From: Amoebophrya sp. A120
Taxonomy: Eukaryota > Protista > Dinoflagellata
DNA: 64,000 nt
Assembly: GCA_905178155.1 (NCBI GenBank)
Contig: CAJINV010000015.1
Span: 457,309-521,308 of the forward strand
Direction: 5' to 3'
The notes under the pieces were generated by a model. The model did not search any database and was not told the origin of the DNA. It saw only the letters and a program-made list of their open reading frames with translations. The stretch's first letter is position 1. Every line of letters begins with the position of its first letter. The position numbers and the translations under genes are program-made. Shown here one piece after another: positions 60,114 to 64,000 of the stretch.

Positions 60114-60171
60114 TTTAGGGTAAAGGGTTTAGGTTTCAGCCGAAGTTGTTTTAGTTTTAGGTTTAGGGTTT
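60114..60171 (+). repeat. Degenerate telomere-like TTTAGG(G) cluster
   Basis: TTTAGGGTAAAGGGTTTAGGTTT...TTTTAGGTTTAGGGTTT. Confidence 0.6.
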
Positions 60172-62153
60172 AAGCGACGAACTAAACTTTGATTTAGAGT
60201 TCTCCGAAGATTTAAGTATGTTGCTTCACAAGTCCTCTTCTCTTTTCATAGATTGCAATCCAAAACAAGCAGTGCCGAAACGACACGGAAGTAGTAGTAG
60301 TAGAGCTTGCGAACTTTGTTTTTCTCAAAAACTGTCAATATAGGAATGTGCTTTTTCCAAAATGAAACAGAGGAGACCGAGCGCAGAAGAGACCACCCGG
60401 CTGGTGTGCAGCAAGGGCATTTTCGCACAGAAGCGGCGGTTTTTTTTCAATTATCATCAGGATCTCAGACTCGTCCTTCAATATAGCGTGATCAGTCTTC
60501 AATTTGAACCGAAGCAGTGGCAGCTTTTGGGCTGTTCAACATCCTTGACACAACTACAGCTTTGGATCTGGTGCAATCTTGATCTTGTGTAGGAGCAATT
60601 TTGGATCAAAACATCTTCCACGATTCTTCGAAGATGTGCCATCTGTCGTAATTTTTCTAAATCATGTATACTAGGTAGCTGCAGATGCAGTTAACCGATT
60701 CTCTTTTTTCCCGAATTTACATTGTACCGACATGGTGTGCCACTTATTCATCAGCACGAGGGAGCACGAGCAACAGATTATTTTCCTTCAAGATCAGAGA
60801 ACCAGATCGTAGTGCATGGATTTTTTACGAGATGGAGGTGCCGCCCTCTTCATATAGGTGGATGAAAATGATGAACAGCCGCCCTGCTCTTTCCTGTGTG
60901 GCTGCCACTTCCTCGGCTCCATTCGCGAATCCGTTCATTGCCGTATTCATCGCCGCGTCGGAGTCGCTGCTATCTGCTGGCCGCACTCGTTTACTCATCC
61001 ACCGTTGGTGGGCGGAGTTCTTGTCGTCTGCAAATTTGGGCTCGATTGTTGTGGTTGCGGAGAATCGTGAACCTAAATCGACGCTACCACTGTCGAAAAT
61101 AGGTCTGTCGGGATCAGAAGTCGCTCTTCTCACGTCCTGCAATGCGACCGATTCGCTCTGGATTCAGTTCGAGCAACAGTCTTGCTGGCGGCGAGAACTG
61201 CGGAATCCCATGCGTGTTGTATTTTCAATTCTTCCAATAGTCAGAATGTGAATCACGGAAAGTCTTACACGAAAGATTTCGTATACTCATTGGCACCTTG
61301 AGCCAACCAGCGGGCAAACAAAGAAAGGATGGGTCCAGTGTGTTTCCAGCAAAGCACTAAAAAGGTCAATGACGTATGTGCCCGCTTAGTCGGGTTTTTC
61401 GGTTTCTTAAAGTTAGTCTTTTCTTACATTCTATTTCTACTGCGACTCAGAAACAAAGAAAAGGCACAAAGGAAAATCCGACCCGTACAACTTTATTTTT
61501 ACCACGACAAGAAGAAAAGGAAAAGCGCGAAGGAAAAAAGTCCAGTACGACAATACGACTTATTTCAGGATGCTACGCACGATATCACGACCTTCTTATT
61601 CTTGTTGACAAAAAAGTGAAAACAAAAACAGACGACCATCATCTCTCATCTTGTTCGCTCATCTTTCGATTGAAAAACAAAAACAAGAACATCACCCCTG
61701 TGTTGAAAACAGGCGACATCAATGACGAAGTCGTCAATATACTTAGGTGGATGAAAATGATGAACAGCCGCCCTGCTCTTTCATAGCAGCTTTGGACGAC
61801 GACCCACCAGTGGCCGTTGTTCAGCCCCCACGAGTCGTGGCTTTTTACTCACTTTCATTCTCCACTGCTCGTCTTGGACTTGATCCTCCTCAAATGCAGC
61901 TCCTAGAGCAGCTTTATCAATCTTCTACAACCTTTACGGTGGTTTATGCCAGACCCGGAGGAAAAAGTGATGTGCCGGAAACCTTTTACAATATCCTGGT
62001 CGAACGAGGACGAAACATGGTGTCAAATCATACAGGAGTAGTAAGTAATCAGTTGCTCGTCGGTTCTCGTTCTTGTGCAGCCGACACTTGTACTACTACA
62101 TGCACTATGACTATGACAAACTGCACCACCACTGCAGCTCCATATTTTACTCC

Positions 62154-64000
62154 TTACGAATTGGTTTTCGTAATGTCCCACTCCTCAAACTTTTCGTCGC
62201 TGTCTTCGGGGTGGAAGTGTGCGACGCCTCCGTCTAGACCACTCTGGTCACCGCTTATCGATGAAAAAACAACCCCATCCACATACAATTTGTCATGCAA
62301 AACATACATAAAATCCCGTATCTGTCGTGCGAAAAATGGATGCGGATGGTTTTTTTTCTGTGGATACCACTGTCACTGTCAGGAGCTGCACCATCGTCGG
62401 AGTCGTCACCGGAATCATCATCGTCCTCGGCCTCCTCATATGGATCGCAAAAGTATCGCACTCGAGCTAGTAGTGGAGTTGTAATGCATGGCAAATATCC
62501 TACCATTTTTCTTGGTGAAGAAATTTGTCATGCGATTTTTCTCTACGTACGATACTTTTGCGATGCATACCTCACAACCAATGCAGTCCACCGCCAGATC
62601 TCGCATCATCGAAATCTCCACGGCCTTGCTCGGGATTTCCAACTCCACGCAACAGCACTGCGCGTCTTTCTTATCACAGCAGAGCATGCTCTTACTTGAT
62701 TGTTCATCTGCTTCACATGTTCTATCACAACTGAATCTGATGAAAAAGTGTTCTCATGATGCTTACTACGATTGCCTATCTAATGCAAGAAGGCAGCAAA
62801 ATCATGCGTAAAACCAGGGCGCGACTAGTATAAACAGGTCGATTTACAATTACGAACATCACTGTCTTGCTGTGATAATCTTCGCACTCCTCGGGAGTCA
62901 GTGGCTCTTTCGGATCAAAGGGTTTAAACTTCGGGAAGGTTAATATGGGAGTGTCAGGATCGAAATCGTCAAAGTTGAATTTGAAATAATTTCTGATGCA
63001 TAAACTGCAAGGCATGAAGTGCCTCTCTTGCAGGGATGGCAAGTGAGGCCGACTGTCAGCCTGTTTGGGGTCTGCGATAGAGCTGCTAAAGCAGCATGAC
63101 AAAAGACGCCCTCTGTCCCTAAACAGCATGACAAACTGGATTTAGACGGCTCCGAAATTTGTCATGCGCCGCTTAGAAATTGGGCTTCCAACTGGTATCG
63201 ATTTTACGCAAGTTATTTCAGCTTTGTCGATCTCGATTTCAATCTTGACACTCCCATAGTTAATTCGCCTGTGACCCCGTACCACGCCGAGTTCAGCTCT
63301 TCTTTGGTAAACTTCTTTCGTTTATGCGTCGCAAAAGTTGTATGTTTATCGTGCTAGAAATAAATGTAATTGCAACATGCTACAGCTAAGTTTACTTTTG
63401 CGAAGGAATGTGACTTTTGGGATGCGGATACGGATTCGGGTAGGTGGTCATGCAACTACATCAACAAGACAAAGACTGCAATTAGTACGACGACTACGCT
63501 CACACAACTTTTACAGAGGATATGGCTTTACGTAGTCGTCTTTCTTCGGGGGCGGTATGATTGGGTACGGATCAGGGGAGTCGTTCGTGATGTCCGGCAG
63601 CTCCTTGTACACGACCGCCCCTGGGTCGGGTTTTATTTATCCCACGTAAAGTCACCCTCACCACCAATTTGTCATGCGGAAACGAAATCATGTCATGCGT
63701 TGAAATGCTGCAAAGTTACTTTTTATTCTGCATTTCTTTGCTCTTTAATTATTACGCACTCGAAAGTAGTACAACAAAGGTCTGATGGTGATTTTACATT
63801 CCATACCACATTGATGGAGAGAAAAAAGTTTGTCAGAGTCACTAACTTGCAGGCTTTGCATTACAAATTTTCTTAGCATCACAAATTTTCCTTGTATTGC
63901 AGAAACACTAGGGAAATCCCTAATAAAGTTCGGCTGTGATGCATTTTTACGCATGACAAACACTTTTGTGTTGCAAAAATGCGCATGAGTGATCGTGACG
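62154..64000 (-). CDS. Gene G (partial): unknown protein with acidic and Cys-rich exons, interrupted by about 6 elements
   Basis: Exon fragments DCIGCE-EAEDDDDSGDDSDDGAAPDSDSG-DQSGLD join after element removal; both gene ends unresolved. Confidence 0.45.
62256..62366. mobile_element. Introner family E-like
   Basis: DR CCGCT/CCACT. Confidence 0.75.
62439..62569. mobile_element. Introner family B-like
   Basis: TIR TATG.ATCGCAAAAGTATCG; DR CCTCA. Confidence 0.88.
62944..63258. mobile_element. Introner family C
   Basis: DR GTTAA. Confidence 0.9.
63323..63522. mobile_element. Degenerate family B-like element
   Basis: TATGCGTCGCAAAAGTTG / CAACTTTTACAGAGGATA; no DR. Confidence 0.5.
63638..63805. 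mobile_element. TAT..ATA TIR element
   Basis: TIR ..GTAAA.TCACC.TCA; no DR. Confidence 0.6.
63813..64000. mobile_element. Introner family I, truncated by window end
   Basis: Near-identical to 35105-35310. Confidence 0.85.

Noticed and set aside
2879-63258. Recurring short ORF peptides (CKSIVLV, FQTQTFLHL, KMSGSG, GLKSSKLK) as a protein family
   Set aside because: They are translations of introner TIRs in different frames, not genes.
1-64000. rRNA, tRNA or spliced-leader RNA genes
   Set aside because: None recognised by eye; tRNAscan/Infernal would be needed to exclude them.

Overview
This is eukaryotic genomic DNA. Its architecture (co-oriented genes, abundant inverted-repeat/direct-repeat non-canonical introns) strongly resembles the parasitic dinoflagellate Amoebophrya; that taxon is inferred, not confirmed by a search. 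All genes I could reconstruct lie on the minus strand. They are: the N-terminal part of a probable 5-aminolevulinate synthase, a PGPGAY (SHIPPO-like) protein, two pairs of paralogous large unknown proteins (A/B and C/D), and three further unknown proteins (E, F, G). The dominant feature is about 68 small elements, mostly 95-400 bp, from more than 10 sequence families. They share TAT...ATA termini, terminal inverted repeats (TIRs), usually a 5-bp direct repeat (DR), and a common internal motif GCAT(G/T/C)ACAA. They sit almost only inside coding sequence, in either orientation and in any phase. Removing element plus one 5-bp repeat restores the reading frame at nearly every junction I traced by hand, and paralogs supply the empty sites. 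They are therefore best read as strand-symmetric, transposon-derived introns (introners) without fixed GT-AG ends. Also present: a nested introner, a 1.4-kb long-TIR element with an empty paralogous site, a 1.4-kb insert flanked by 35-bp repeats inside a gene, segmental duplications, and telomere-like motifs upstream of genes. All coordinates were read manually and may be off by a few bases.
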